Origin: Pseudomonadales bacterium
GTDB lineage: Bacteria > Pseudomonadota > Gammaproteobacteria > Pseudomonadales > JAHRWD01
NCBI GenBank assembly: GCA_029210125.1
Contig: JARGPR010000001.1
Location: forward strand, 326,812-390,811
Length of the DNA stretch: 64,000 nucleotides
Direction of reading: 5' to 3'
Shown: positions 27,267 to 37,155 of the stretch, in pieces
How positions within the stretch are numbered: the stretch's first letter is position 1
Layout of the letters: each line of letters begins with the position of its first letter
Notes under the pieces: generated by a model
Seen by the model: only the letters and a program-made list of their open reading frames with translations
The model's database searches: none
What the model was told of the DNA's origin: nothing
Made by a program: the position numbers and the translations under genes

Positions 27267-27354
27267 GCATAACGCCGCCATCAGCCGAATATTTGTAGTG
27301 TATGAGCAAAGCTAAGTAGCGATTGATTTGTCGGCTGCATGGTATTTGTTAGGA
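27267..27354 (-). repeat. attC-like imperfect palindrome downstream of the LysE gene
   Basis: The minus strand reads TCCTAAC (contains the LysE stop), 5 nt, CCATGCAGCCGA, 42 nt, TCGGCTGATGG, 4 nt, GTTATGC. The extra G is on the 5' arm. Confidence 0.4.
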
Positions 27355-27969
27355 CTTAAATGCTACGTAGCTTCCGACGCCTACCATAAGACCACCGGCT
27401 ATTTTTTGAGGGGCAGTACCAATTATTTTCTGCTGCATATACAAAGCAAATTTTGATGCAAAAGCAGCGTATAGAATTTTGACAGAGCCAACACTTACAA
27501 CGGTAATAGCAACTACTAGCCCGTAATCAAATGGGGAGGCAGAACTGAAGTCAATGAAAAATGGGAAAAGGCTAGCGTAGAAAACTATTGCTTTTATATC
27601 GCCAAGAGTCAGAAAAAATCCTGTGGAGAAGCTGACCAGAAGACCTCTTTTCCCTTGATCGATTTCTTGTAAGAAAAGTTGTTTGCCTTTTGCTTTTAGT
27701 AGTGCAAGCCCAAGCCATATCAAGTAAAGACCACCAGCTATTTTTAGGATAGTAAAAAAGCCACCCATTAGCCCAGCTACGGCTTCAAGGCCGAGTATAA
27801 CCAGTAGTACGAATAGCAAGTCACCCAATACGACTCCAATTGATACAGCGATACCGTTTGAAACACCGGCTGTCGCTGAGCGAGCGACAACAAGCGCCAC
27901 ACTTGAACTCGGCAACGCTGCCAAACTGACCATAACTGCAAACAGCGTCAGTGCTTGTAGGAAACTCAT
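27349..27969 (-). CDS. LysE/RhtB-family amino-acid exporter
   Basis: 206 aa, 6 TM helices, with the LysE-type N-terminus (..PGP equivalent region) and overall pattern. Confidence 0.75.
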   Translation of the reverse strand: MSFLQALTLFAVMVSLAALPSSSVALVVARSATAGVSNGIAVSIGVVLGDLLFVLLVILGLEAVAGLMGGFFTILKIAGGLYLIWLGLALLKAKGKQLFLQEIDQGKRGLLVSFSTGFFLTLGDIKAIVFYASLFPFFIDFSSASPFDYGLVVAITVVSVGSVKILYAAFASKFALYMQQKIIGTAPQKIAGGLMVGVGSYVAFKS

Positions 27970-28265
27970 CTGTTGCTCCGAAAGTTAGGATGAATAGTCA
28001 ATTTGCCGGTTTGAGGCGTATATTTCTGTTCTCAATATTGCCGCCGCGCGCTTATCTGCTAATTCTTTGTGGCGTGCGTCATTCTTGAACTCTTCGAATG
28101 CTATTGCACTCGGGACCTCTAAGTAGTGTTAGTGATCAGACTGCAGCCGTTTGTATGATCGAAACTCCCCAGTTTTAAGCGATCCTTTAAAGCGATAAAG
28201 TGAAGTCCAAACCTGCAGCAACAGCTTTTCAGTTCAGTAGCTCGATGCCGATATTGTCTAGCCCG

Positions 28266-29257
28266 TTAACAAGCGAGGGCGTCATTTTTTAACACTTGAA
28301 AGAGCGTCAAGCTCGAATGTAGCAAGGGTGAGATATGAATACAACTACCGTAACTAGCTTCAGAAACCAGGAAACACACATCGGTATAGATGTTGGAAAA
28401 TGATGTTTGGATGCCTCGGTTTTTGAGCTCGATTTACTTTGAAGGGAAGGGAATAACCCGGAGGGGGGCTGAACGCTTAATAACGGCTTTAAGGCGCTAT
28501 AAGCTCACGCGCGTATTGGTTGAAGCTACCGGTGACATTGTCTAACCGATCCAGGTGGGGCAATTTGCAAAAGCCCAGGGCATACTCGCTAAAACGGACA
28601 ACGTTGATGCAAGATTTATTGCGATGTTTGGCAAAGTCCTTCAGCTTGATGATCGCGTGTTACCCGATAAGAAAATAGGACTTCTTAGAGACTTGGTTGC
28701 CAGAAAACGGCAGTTGAATGAAAACAGAACGCAACAAGCGCCAACATAAAGCCCCCCCAAATGTGCTAGCGGCTTCTAACAGACGCCTGCTTTAGCTACT
28801 TGATAAAGAAGTTGCGTGGATTAACGGCAACTGGCGATAAGAATCGCCGAGGTCACCGAGTGCAACGAACCTATCAAATACTCAGTTCTGTTCCAGGTAT
28901 TGGTGATGGTGTTGCATTCACATTATTGGGTGAGCTACCCAAACTGGGAAAGCTATCCAATCGTAAAGTGGCGGCGCTGCGTGGTCTAGCCCCCCTTTGA
29001 TCGCGACAGCGGTCAAATGAAAGGAAAGCGGCGTATCAAAGGAGGCAGACCACCCATACGAACAATACTGTATTTGGCGATGCTCTTTGCTATACAGCAC
29101 AACTCAGTCATGAAGAGGTTTTTTATGAAAAATTCGTAGCTCAGGGTAAGCACAAAAAAGTAGCTATCACCACCTGCATGAGAAAGATGATGACGATCTT
29201 AAATAAGATGGTTCGCAACGATCAGGAATGGCAAATGAATCACAGTCGCTTGTATAC
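28266..29257 (+). mobile_element. IS110-family insertion sequence, transposase degraded by stops and frameshifts
   Basis: From the ATG at 28335: MNTTTVTSFRNQETHIGIDVGK*.. Later frames give QFAKAQGILAKTDNVDARFIAMFG, SSVPGIGDGVAFTLLGELP and TILNKMVRNDQEWQ. Inverted TTAACAAGCGA / TCGCTTGTATA flank it. Confidence 0.7.
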
Positions 29258-29540
29258 CGTTAATCTGCCGATTCATCATTGTCCTATGGGGATAGCGCTG
29301 GCTTGCTTCTGGTTTAGCCTATCCTATATTGGCCTGAAACTGGAGTTTGATATTTAACTGTTGCTCTATTTATGGTATAAAGCCCGCCCTTGAAGCCGCC
29401 TCGTCTGGTGGTCTTAAGGAAAACCAACGTCGCGTACAGATCGTCACGTCATCTTGGGTGCTCAATACCTTATATGGTTATTGGGTTGGGTGATGGGGTT
29501 TGTACAAGATTTTAACCCTAACTAAAAATAGGAAGTTTGC

Positions 29541-30329
29541 ATGACACAAGTCACTATGAAAGAGATGCTCCAGGCGGGCGTTCACTTTGGGCACCAGACC
29601 CGTTACTGGAACCCGAAAATGAAGCAATACATTTTCGGTGCACGTAATAAAATTCACATTATTAACCTTGATCAGACTGTACCTGCATTCAATTCGGTGC
29701 TGACTGAAATCAAGAAGATGTCACAAAACAACAACAAGATTTTGATTGTTGGCACTAAACGAGCCGCAAGCAAAACCGTTAAAGAGCAAGCTACCCGTTG
29801 TGGTATGCCTTATGTTCACCACCGCTGGTTGGGTGGTATGTTGACCAACTACAAAACCATCCGTGCTTCTATCCGTCGTTATAATGAACTTCAGGTTCAA
29901 AGCGAAGATGGTACGTTCGAGCAGCTGACCAAAAAAGAAGCGCTGATGCGTACTCGTCAGATGGAGAAGCTTGAAAAAAGTATTGGTGGTATTAAGGATA
30001 TGGGCGGATTGCCCGATGCGCTATTTGTTGTAGACGTGGATCATGAACGGATTGCGATTTCTGAAGCGAATAAGCTCGGCATTCCCGTTATTGGTATCGT
30101 CGATAGTAACAGCAACCCCGATGGCGTAGATTACGTTATTCCAGCGAATGATGATGCGATTCGTGCTATCCGCCTGTACGTTACAGCCGTTGCGGATACG
30201 GTGATCGAAGGCCAGGCTGACTCACAAGCTGCTATGCAGGATGAGTTTGTTGAAGTGGCCCCTGAAGCAGCCAATGCGGAAAGCGCCGAAGCGCCCGCAG
30301 TAGAAGAACAGAAAGACGCCGCACAGTAA
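29541..30329 (+). CDS. rpsB: 30S ribosomal protein S2
   Basis: [19 protein letters not shown].. is a canonical S2 sequence. Confidence 0.97.
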   Translation: MTQVTMKEMLQAGVHFGHQTRYWNPKMKQYIFGARNKIHIINLDQTVPAFNSVLTEIKKMSQNNNKILIVGTKRAASKTVKEQATRCGMPYVHHRWLGGMLTNYKTIRASIRRYNELQVQSEDGTFEQLTKKEALMRTRQMEKLEKSIGGIKDMGGLPDALFVVDVDHERIAISEANKLGIPVIGIVDSNSNPDGVDYVIPANDDAIRAIRLYVTAVADTVIEGQADSQAAMQDEFVEVAPEAANAESAEAPAVEEQKDAAQ

Positions 30330-30336
30330 CCAATGA

Positions 30337-30381
30337 TTAGGGCTGCTGATGTTTGCTCATCAGCAGCCCTAATTGCGTTTT
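30337..30381 (+). terminator. rpsB-tsf intergenic hairpin (attenuator/terminator)
   Basis: Perfect 15-bp stem TTAGGGCTGCTGATG / CATCAGCAGCCCTAA followed by TTGCGTTTT. Confidence 0.6.
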
Positions 30382-30461
30382 GGGTATGCAGTTATATTAA
30401 ATTCTTTACGCGTAACGTCGAATCTGGCTTGCGGTAATTGATAACAGTTGGGAGAGCAAAG

Positions 30462-31334
30462 ATGTCGAAAATTTCAGCAGCAGTTGTTAAAGAGCTCCGG
30501 GACCGCACTGGCCTGGGCATGATGGATTGCAAAAAAGCCCTGGTTGCCGCAGATGGCGATATTGAACAGGCAATTGAAGATTTGCGTAAATCCAGTGGCA
30601 TGAAAGCGGCTAAAAAGGCCGGTCGTGTCGCGGCAGAGGGTGTAGTTGCTACCAAAATGTCTGACGATGGCAGCTTTGGTATTATGGTTGAAGTGAATAG
30701 TGAAACCGATTTCGCGGCTCGTGATGAGAATTTCCTCGGTTTTGTGGGTGCAGTGGCGGATCAGGTATTTGATTCAAAAGAAACCGATGTTGAGAAGTTG
30801 TTAGAGGCTGGCCTGGAAGGCACTCGCGAAGCGCTGGTGCAAAAGATAGGTGAGAATATTGGGGTTCGTCGTGCGGAATGCAAAACCGCTGCTGATGGTG
30901 TGGTAGGTAACTATGTACACGGCAACTCACGTATTGCGGTATTGGTTGAGCTTAAAGGCGGTGATGTTCAATTGGCCAAGGATGTCGCGATGCATGTCGC
31001 TGCGATTAATCCAGCGGTTGTGAGCCCTGATCAAGTTGATGAGCAGCAAATTGCTAAAGAGCGAGAGATCTTCTCGGCTCAGGCTGCTGAAAGTGGCAAG
31101 CCACCAGAAATTGTCGAAAAAATGGTCGAAGGCCGAATTCGTAAGTACCTGGCTGAAGTCAGTCTAACTGAGCAGCCCTTCGTTAAAGACCCTGATGTTA
31201 AAGTAGGGAAATTATTGAAAGATAGTGGTGCTTCTGTTGTCTCGTTTGTACGCTATGAAGTGGGTGAAGGCATCGAAAAAGAAGAAGTTGATTTTGCTGC
31301 GGAAGTCGCTGCCCAGGCGGGTACGGCTAGCTAA
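30462..31334 (+). CDS. tsf: Elongation factor Ts
   Basis: [27 protein letters not shown].. with GGGAGAG upstream. The track start at 30438 is TTG. Confidence 0.95.
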   Translation: MSKISAAVVKELRDRTGLGMMDCKKALVAADGDIEQAIEDLRKSSGMKAAKKAGRVAAEGVVATKMSDDGSFGIMVEVNSETDFAARDENFLGFVGAVADQVFDSKETDVEKLLEAGLEGTREALVQKIGENIGVRRAECKTAADGVVGNYVHGNSRIAVLVELKGGDVQLAKDVAMHVAAINPAVVSPDQVDEQQIAKEREIFSAQAAESGKPPEIVEKMVEGRIRKYLAEVSLTEQPFVKDPDVKVGKLLKDSGASVVSFVRYEVGEGIEKEEVDFAAEVAAQAGTAS

Positions 31335-31384
31335 CATACCGATTGATGCTATCAAAATTAATAACGCACGAAGGTCTCAGCAAT

Positions 31385-32104
31385 ATGCCCAAGCAAGAAC
31401 ATCGCTATAAACGAGTACTGCTGAAACTCAGTGGCGAAGCGCTCACCGGCGGTGAGCGCTTCGGTATTGACCCTAAGGTGCTTGATCAAATGGCCCTTGA
31501 GATTGGTCAACTGATCGGCATCGGTGTTCAGGTGGGTGTGGTGATTGGTGGTGGTAATCTGTTTCGTGGCGCAGCGTTGCAAGAAGCTGGCCTCGATCGG
31601 GTGACCGGTGATCATATGGGTATGCTGGCAACGGTGATGAATGGCCTGGCCTTTCGTGATGCGTTGGAACGATCTGGAATACCGAGCCGGGTGATGTCCT
31701 CAATACCGATGAGTGGTGTGGTAGATCATTATGATCGTCGTAACGCGATCCGTTTCTTGAATAGTGGTGATGTGATGATTTTTGCCGCGGGTACCGGAAA
31801 TCCTTTTTTTACCACCGATACCGCCGCTTGCTTGCGTGCTATTGAGATAGATGCGGATATCGTTCTAAAGGCGACCAAGGTAGATGGCGTTTTTAATAAA
31901 GATCCGATGACCAATGATGACGCGAAAATGTTTTCTGAATTGACCTACGATCAGGTGTTGGCCCAAAAATTAGGTGTGATGGACCTGACTGCTATTTGCC
32001 TGTGTCAGGATAACCGGTTGCCATTGAGAGTTTTTAAAATGGATAAGCCAGGTGCCCTATTGAGTATCATCCTGGGGGCGAACGAAGGAACCCTGATCAG
32101 TTAA
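31385..32104 (+). CDS. pyrH: UMP kinase
   Basis: [13 protein letters not shown].., GGGNLFRG and [13 protein letters not shown]. Confidence 0.95.
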   Translation: MPKQEHRYKRVLLKLSGEALTGGERFGIDPKVLDQMALEIGQLIGIGVQVGVVIGGGNLFRGAALQEAGLDRVTGDHMGMLATVMNGLAFRDALERSGIPSRVMSSIPMSGVVDHYDRRNAIRFLNSGDVMIFAAGTGNPFFTTDTAACLRAIEIDADIVLKATKVDGVFNKDPMTNDDAKMFSELTYDQVLAQKLGVMDLTAICLCQDNRLPLRVFKMDKPGALLSIILGANEGTLIS

Positions 32105-32159
32105 CTCTGCTTGGTTTTACGATGTGAGAATAGTAAATGGTTTCGGTTGGAGATAGGAA

Positions 32160-32717
32160 ATGATTAACGAAATTAAGAAGGATGCCGAAGAGCGCATGCA
32201 GAAAAGTCTGGTAGCGCTGGATGTTGCGTTGAATAAAATCCGTACCGGTAGAGCTCATCCAAGTATTCTTGATTCTGTGACGGTCTCTTACTACGGTGCC
32301 GATACACCGCTTGCCCAGGTGGCTAATATCTCGGTTGAAAACGGCCGAACCCTGGCGGTATCGCCCTGGGAAAAACCAATGATACCCGAAGTGGAGAAGG
32401 CGATAATCTCCTCTGATCTGGGTCTCAACCCTGTGACTACAGGGGAGCTGATTCGTGTACCGATGCCGCCACTGACTGAAGAAACCCGTAAGAATTATCT
32501 GCGTCAGGCCAAAAAAGAGGCAGAGAATAGCCGGATTTCTGTACGTAATATCCGCCGTGATGCGAATAGTGATATCAAGGATCTGCTTAAGGACAAAGAT
32601 ATCAGCGAAGATGAAGAACGCGCAGGACAGGATGCGATACAGAAACTAACCGACCGCTTCATTTCAGAGATTGAGATAATTCTCGAGAAGAAAGAAGCGG
32701 ACCTGATGGTTATTTGA
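32160..32717 (+). CDS. frr: Ribosome recycling factor
   Basis: 185 aa. ..[19 protein letters not shown] and NIRRDAN. Confidence 0.95.
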   Translation: MINEIKKDAEERMQKSLVALDVALNKIRTGRAHPSILDSVTVSYYGADTPLAQVANISVENGRTLAVSPWEKPMIPEVEKAIISSDLGLNPVTTGELIRVPMPPLTEETRKNYLRQAKKEAENSRISVRNIRRDANSDIKDLLKDKDISEDEERAGQDAIQKLTDRFISEIEIILEKKEADLMVI

Positions 32718-32736
32718 TTCTGTTCGAGATTGTGTT

Positions 32737-33501
32737 ATGAACAGTTTGCCATCCCTAGCAGAGTTTAAGAAAAACCATGCACTACCTCGCCACGTGGCGA
32801 TAGTGATGGATGGTAACAGTCGTTGGGCTACCGCTCATGGCAAGTCTGTGCGGGCGGGTCATCGTGCGGGTGTTGATGCCGTACGTAACCTGATTGAAGT
32901 CTGCCCTGACTACGAAGTTGAAGTACTCACCCTTTTTGCATTCAGCACTGAAAATTGGCAGCGCCCTGCCTACGAGGTCAAAACCCTGCTGGCTCTGCTT
33001 TCATGGACGTTGAGAACAGAAACCGCGCGACTGCATAAAAATAATGTGCGCCTAAAGGTGATAGGGTGTCGAGACAAATTTCCGGCTCGAGTGGTATCAA
33101 GAATTGAAGACGCTGAACGGCTCACCGCCAACAATACCGCCTGGACTCTCGTGATTGCTGTTGATTACGGTGGCCGTTGGGATATTGCTGAAGCCACAAA
33201 GCAGATTGCTAAGGATTTGGCAGACAACAAAATTACCGAACAACACATTACTCCTGAACTGTTAGATCAGCATATATGCCTGTCGGATATGCCGGCTCCT
33301 GACCTTTGTATTCGTACCGCAGGGGATCATCGAATCAGTAATTTTATGCTTTGGCAGTTTGCCTATACCGAACTTTATTTCACCGAGCTGTTTTGGCCTG
33401 ATTTCGACGAGCAAGCTTTTAAGGCCGCGCTATTTGATTTTGGTAAACGACAACGGCGTTTCGGAAAACGTGATGCTGAATCTTCGGAATTAGACGAGTA
33501 A
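32737..33501 (+). CDS. uppS: Undecaprenyl diphosphate synthase
   Basis: HVAIVMDGNSRWA, TLFAFSTENW.RP and RTAGDHRISNF.LWQ.AYTE. Confidence 0.93.
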   Translation: MNSLPSLAEFKKNHALPRHVAIVMDGNSRWATAHGKSVRAGHRAGVDAVRNLIEVCPDYEVEVLTLFAFSTENWQRPAYEVKTLLALLSWTLRTETARLHKNNVRLKVIGCRDKFPARVVSRIEDAERLTANNTAWTLVIAVDYGGRWDIAEATKQIAKDLADNKITEQHITPELLDQHICLSDMPAPDLCIRTAGDHRISNFMLWQFAYTELYFTELFWPDFDEQAFKAALFDFGKRQRRFGKRDAESSELDE

Positions 33502-33507
33502 CCTGTT

Positions 33508-34326
33508 TTGCTGATGCAGCGTGTTATTACCGGGATTCTGATGGCGCTTGTGGTAATCCTGGCCGTCGTCAAACTCGATGGGTATTGGTTTTCAGTGGCC
33601 TGTGGTGCGGTCATGACACTCGCGGCGATGGAATGGGCTAATCTGTCGGGTTTGAGCCGTCCTATAGAGCGAGCAGCCTTTGGTGTTTTTTTTGCGCTGC
33701 TGCTTTTCGGAATAGATCGTTATCTCTCGAACCATCTGCTGAGTGTGCAGGTGATTCTTGGCGCTGCAGTGACCTGGTGGTTATTCGCCTGTTTTCTGGT
33801 TTTACGGTTTCCCGCCAGTAAAGATCTATGGGCTGGTCGTTTCCTTCGCTTGATGATTGGGATTATCGTACTAAGTGCAACCTGGCTAGGCTTGCTGGAC
33901 TTAAAGCAAAGAAGTATCGGGTTAATATTTTTCTCAATTGCATTAATCGCCTTTGCGGATATCGGTGCCTATTTCACAGGCCGTACTTTGGGCCGTCATA
34001 AGTTGGCACCCGAGATTAGCCCCGGAAAAACCTGGGAAGGCTTGTTGGGTGGCGCCGCTGCAAGTATGTGTCTTGCTCTTTTTGCCGGTCTTTATTTCGG
34101 CGTACCACCGCTGCATATCGTTATTTTGTTGGCGTTGACCGTTCTAGTGGTAATTTTTTCTGTGGTGGGTGACCTTACGGTTAGCATGTTAAAGCGAGAT
34201 CGCGGACTTAAGGACTGCGGTAAATTGTTGCCCGGTCACGGTGGCTTGATGGATCGACTTGATAGCATCTGCGCCGCAATCCCCCTGATTGGTTTTGTAA
34301 TCTCATTTAGCTCCTGGGGCCTCTGA
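33508..34326 (+). CDS. cdsA: Phosphatidate cytidylyltransferase
   Basis: Multi-TM protein with the C-terminal signature S.LKRD.G.KD.G.L.PGHGG..DR.DS. Confidence 0.9.
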   Translation: MLMQRVITGILMALVVILAVVKLDGYWFSVACGAVMTLAAMEWANLSGLSRPIERAAFGVFFALLLFGIDRYLSNHLLSVQVILGAAVTWWLFACFLVLRFPASKDLWAGRFLRLMIGIIVLSATWLGLLDLKQRSIGLIFFSIALIAFADIGAYFTGRTLGRHKLAPEISPGKTWEGLLGGAAASMCLALFAGLYFGVPPLHIVILLALTVLVVIFSVVGDLTVSMLKRDRGLKDCGKLLPGHGGLMDRLDSICAAIPLIGFVISFSSWGL

Positions 34327-34328
34327 TT

Positions 34329-35534
34329 TTGGGCGCGCAATCTGTCACGATTCTTGGTTCGACAGGTTCGATTGGTAAAAGCACCCTCGACGTTATTCAG
34401 CAGCACCCAAACCTTTATTCGGTGTTTGCGATTACCGCTAACAGCCAGATCGAATTGCTGCTTCAGCAAATTCAAATCCACAACCCGCGATACGCTGTAA
34501 TGGCATCCCCTGATTGCGCGGAACAGTTGCGTATGGAAACTCAGAAACTTGGTCTGGATACCGAGATACTGGGTGGCGTTGACGGTTTGTCGGTGGTTGC
34601 ATCCCATACTGATGTGGAGCTGGTGATGGCGGCTATTGTGGGTGCAGCAGGATTACTGCCAACGCTGGCTGCAGCAAAGGCAGGAAAAAAGGTTCTGCTG
34701 GCTAATAAAGAAGCTTTGGTGATGACTGGTCAGCTTTTTATGGATGCGGTTCGGGATAATGGTGCGGAATTACTGCCTATCGACAGTGAACATAACGCAG
34801 TCTTTCAGTGCATTCATGGTAGCCGTAGCGATTCGTTATTTGATCTTGGTATAAGTAAAATTACCCTGACCGCTTCCGGCGGTCCCTTTCGACAAACCCC
34901 GATTGAGCAGTTATCGGAAGTCACCCCTGAGATGGCCTGCGCCCATCCAAACTGGTCAATGGGGCAAAAAATATCGGTTGATTCAGCATCAATGTTAAAT
35001 AAAGGGCTTGAGTTGATTGAAGCCTGCTGGCTATTTTCCGCCAGCCCTGATCAGGTAGAAGCGGTGCTTCATCCGCAGAGTATTGTGCATGCATTGGTAA
35101 GCTATGTGGATGGTTCGGTATTGGCCCATTTGGGAAACCCGGACATGCGGGTGCCGATAGCAGCCGCCATGTCCTGGCCGCAGCGTACCTCCTCAGGGGT
35201 TAAGCCTCTTGATCTTGTTGAGGTCGCACGGCTTGATTTCTATCAGCCCGACCTTCAACGCTTTCCCTGTTTAAGGCTCTCTATGGAAGCAATGAAAGCT
35301 GGCGGTATCGCTACAGTTGTACTGAACGCGGTTAATGAAGTCGCAGTTGAAGCATTCCTGCAGAGAAAAATTCGATTTACCGATATTCCCGTATTACTCG
35401 AAGAGATGCTCGGGAAATCTGTAAACCGCCCACTGAATGATATTGCAATGGTACTTGAACAGGACCAGTTGGCACGATTGTCTGCGCTTGAATGGATTAA
35501 AGACCAATCTCGATCCCAGAGAGCCGGCCTGTGA
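34329..35534 (+). CDS. dxr: 1-deoxy-D-xylulose 5-phosphate reductoisomerase
   Basis: [25 protein letters not shown] and NKGLE.IEA. Confidence 0.93.
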   Translation: MGAQSVTILGSTGSIGKSTLDVIQQHPNLYSVFAITANSQIELLLQQIQIHNPRYAVMASPDCAEQLRMETQKLGLDTEILGGVDGLSVVASHTDVELVMAAIVGAAGLLPTLAAAKAGKKVLLANKEALVMTGQLFMDAVRDNGAELLPIDSEHNAVFQCIHGSRSDSLFDLGISKITLTASGGPFRQTPIEQLSEVTPEMACAHPNWSMGQKISVDSASMLNKGLELIEACWLFSASPDQVEAVLHPQSIVHALVSYVDGSVLAHLGNPDMRVPIAAAMSWPQRTSSGVKPLDLVEVARLDFYQPDLQRFPCLRLSMEAMKAGGIATVVLNAVNEVAVEAFLQRKIRFTDIPVLLEEMLGKSVNRPLNDIAMVLEQDQLARLSALEWIKDQSRSQRAGL

Positions 35535-35676
35535 TGGTTAAGTTTTGGGCCGTAACGGCTGAGGATAACGAACCTTCATTAGGCTGTGTGGTCTCAGATG
35601 CTTTCGTTCTTTCAGTCCCAGGAAACCTCAGGCCAAAGATGAATTTATATAGTAAGTTCGAGACCGCTTTGAAAAA

Positions 35677-37032
35677 ATGAGTATCCTTTTTACCCTATTC
35701 AGCCTTATTTTGACCCTTAGCATTATCGTGACGATTCATGAGTTCGGGCATTTCTATTTTGCTCGTCGATACGGTGTGATGGTTAAGCGCTTTTCTATTG
35801 GGTTTGGTAAGCCACTATTTTCGCGAACTGACAAAAAAGGCACAGAATTTAGCGTGGCAGCGATACCGCTGGGTGGCTATGTCAGCATGTTGGATACCCG
35901 TGTCGAGGATGTTCCAGAGCACCTGCTGCCCTATACGTTTAACAGCAAGCCGGTTTGGCAGCGTATGGTCATTATCGCCGCAGGGCCAGCCGCCAATTTT
36001 GTGTTGGCGATTCTTATTTACTGGTTTTTGTTTGTGCTCGGCGTCTCTACAGTGATACCGGTTACTGGTGCGGTCAAAGCTGATATGCCGGCCTATCAGG
36101 CGGGGATCAGAGCAAACCAGGAACTTGTTTCAGTAGATGGTAACGAAACTAACACCTGGGAGGAGATTTATATTCAGTTGCTTTCTCGCATGGGTGAAAC
36201 CGGTAACCTGAAACTCGAGGTGCGTGACCTTGATTCTCAGCAGTTGCAGCAGATCGATATCCCGATTGATCAATGGATGAGCGGGCAAGATAAACCTGAG
36301 CCACTGAGGTCTTTGGGTATTGAACCATTTTATCCTGAGATCCCCGCAATAATCGGAGTAGTATCGGAGAACGGCCGTGCGGCGCAAGCAGGCCTGCTTG
36401 AGGGTGATCATGTGCTGGCGGTTGATGGGGTGATTATTGCGGATTGGCGAGCCATGGTAGATGTCGTGCGTGACCATGCTGAGCAACCTTTAATGTTTGA
36501 GGTCAATAGGCAGGGTCAAACAATACGCATTGAAGTTAGGCCAGCGAAGAAGCTAAAGGAGGATGGTACATCGGTAGGTTACCTTGGCGTTGGTGTGCAG
36601 GCGATTAGTTGGCCCGATTCGCTGAAGCGAGATATCCATTATTCGATCCTTTCCGCCTGGCTTCCAGCATTCAGAAAGACCTGGCAAATGACCGAACTAA
36701 CCTTTGATTCTTTTGGTAAAATGCTGAGTGGCTTGGTTTCAGTGAAGAATCTAGGTGGGCCTATTAGTATTGCAAAGATGGCGGGTAATAATCTCGAGTC
36801 GGGCTTTCAGGCATTTTTGGGGTTTATCGCATATTTTAGCATCAGTCTAGGCCTTTTGAATCTGCTTCCTATACCTGTGTTAGATGGCGGTCACCTGTTG
36901 TTTTATACGATTGAGCTGTTGGCAGGAAGGCCTGTCCCTGAGCAAGTTCAGGCGGTCGCCTATCGAGTTGGGATTTTATTGATAGGTGCGTTGATGTTTG
37001 TGGCCATTTATAATGATTTGATTCAGCTGTAA
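35677..37032 (+). CDS. rseP: Site-2 (RIP) zinc metalloprotease RseP
   Basis: HEFGH motif at the N-terminus, PDZ region, and the C-terminal NLLPIPVLDGGH. Confidence 0.92.
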   Translation: MSILFTLFSLILTLSIIVTIHEFGHFYFARRYGVMVKRFSIGFGKPLFSRTDKKGTEFSVAAIPLGGYVSMLDTRVEDVPEHLLPYTFNSKPVWQRMVIIAAGPAANFVLAILIYWFLFVLGVSTVIPVTGAVKADMPAYQAGIRANQELVSVDGNETNTWEEIYIQLLSRMGETGNLKLEVRDLDSQQLQQIDIPIDQWMSGQDKPEPLRSLGIEPFYPEIPAIIGVVSENGRAAQAGLLEGDHVLAVDGVIIADWRAMVDVVRDHAEQPLMFEVNRQGQTIRIEVRPAKKLKEDGTSVGYLGVGVQAISWPDSLKRDIHYSILSAWLPAFRKTWQMTELTFDSFGKMLSGLVSVKNLGGPISIAKMAGNNLESGFQAFLGFIAYFSISLGLLNLLPIPVLDGGHLLFYTIELLAGRPVPEQVQAVAYRVGILLIGALMFVAIYNDLIQL

Positions 37033-37155
37033 GGAAAAAGAATCGATTTGGCTGCATAAAAAAATATAGCGCCACTGCTGTATATGGCAGCGTCGAATGC
37101 AATTTTAACAGTCCTAAAAAGGCTGAAAAATAACATATTTTCGTAGTAATTTTAG

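Noticed and set aside
29358-29540. Possible S2-binding autoregulatory leader upstream of rpsB
   Set aside because: It is expected from knowledge of E. coli rpsB-tsf regulation, but I could not recognise the conserved pseudoknot by eye. It is not reported as a feature.
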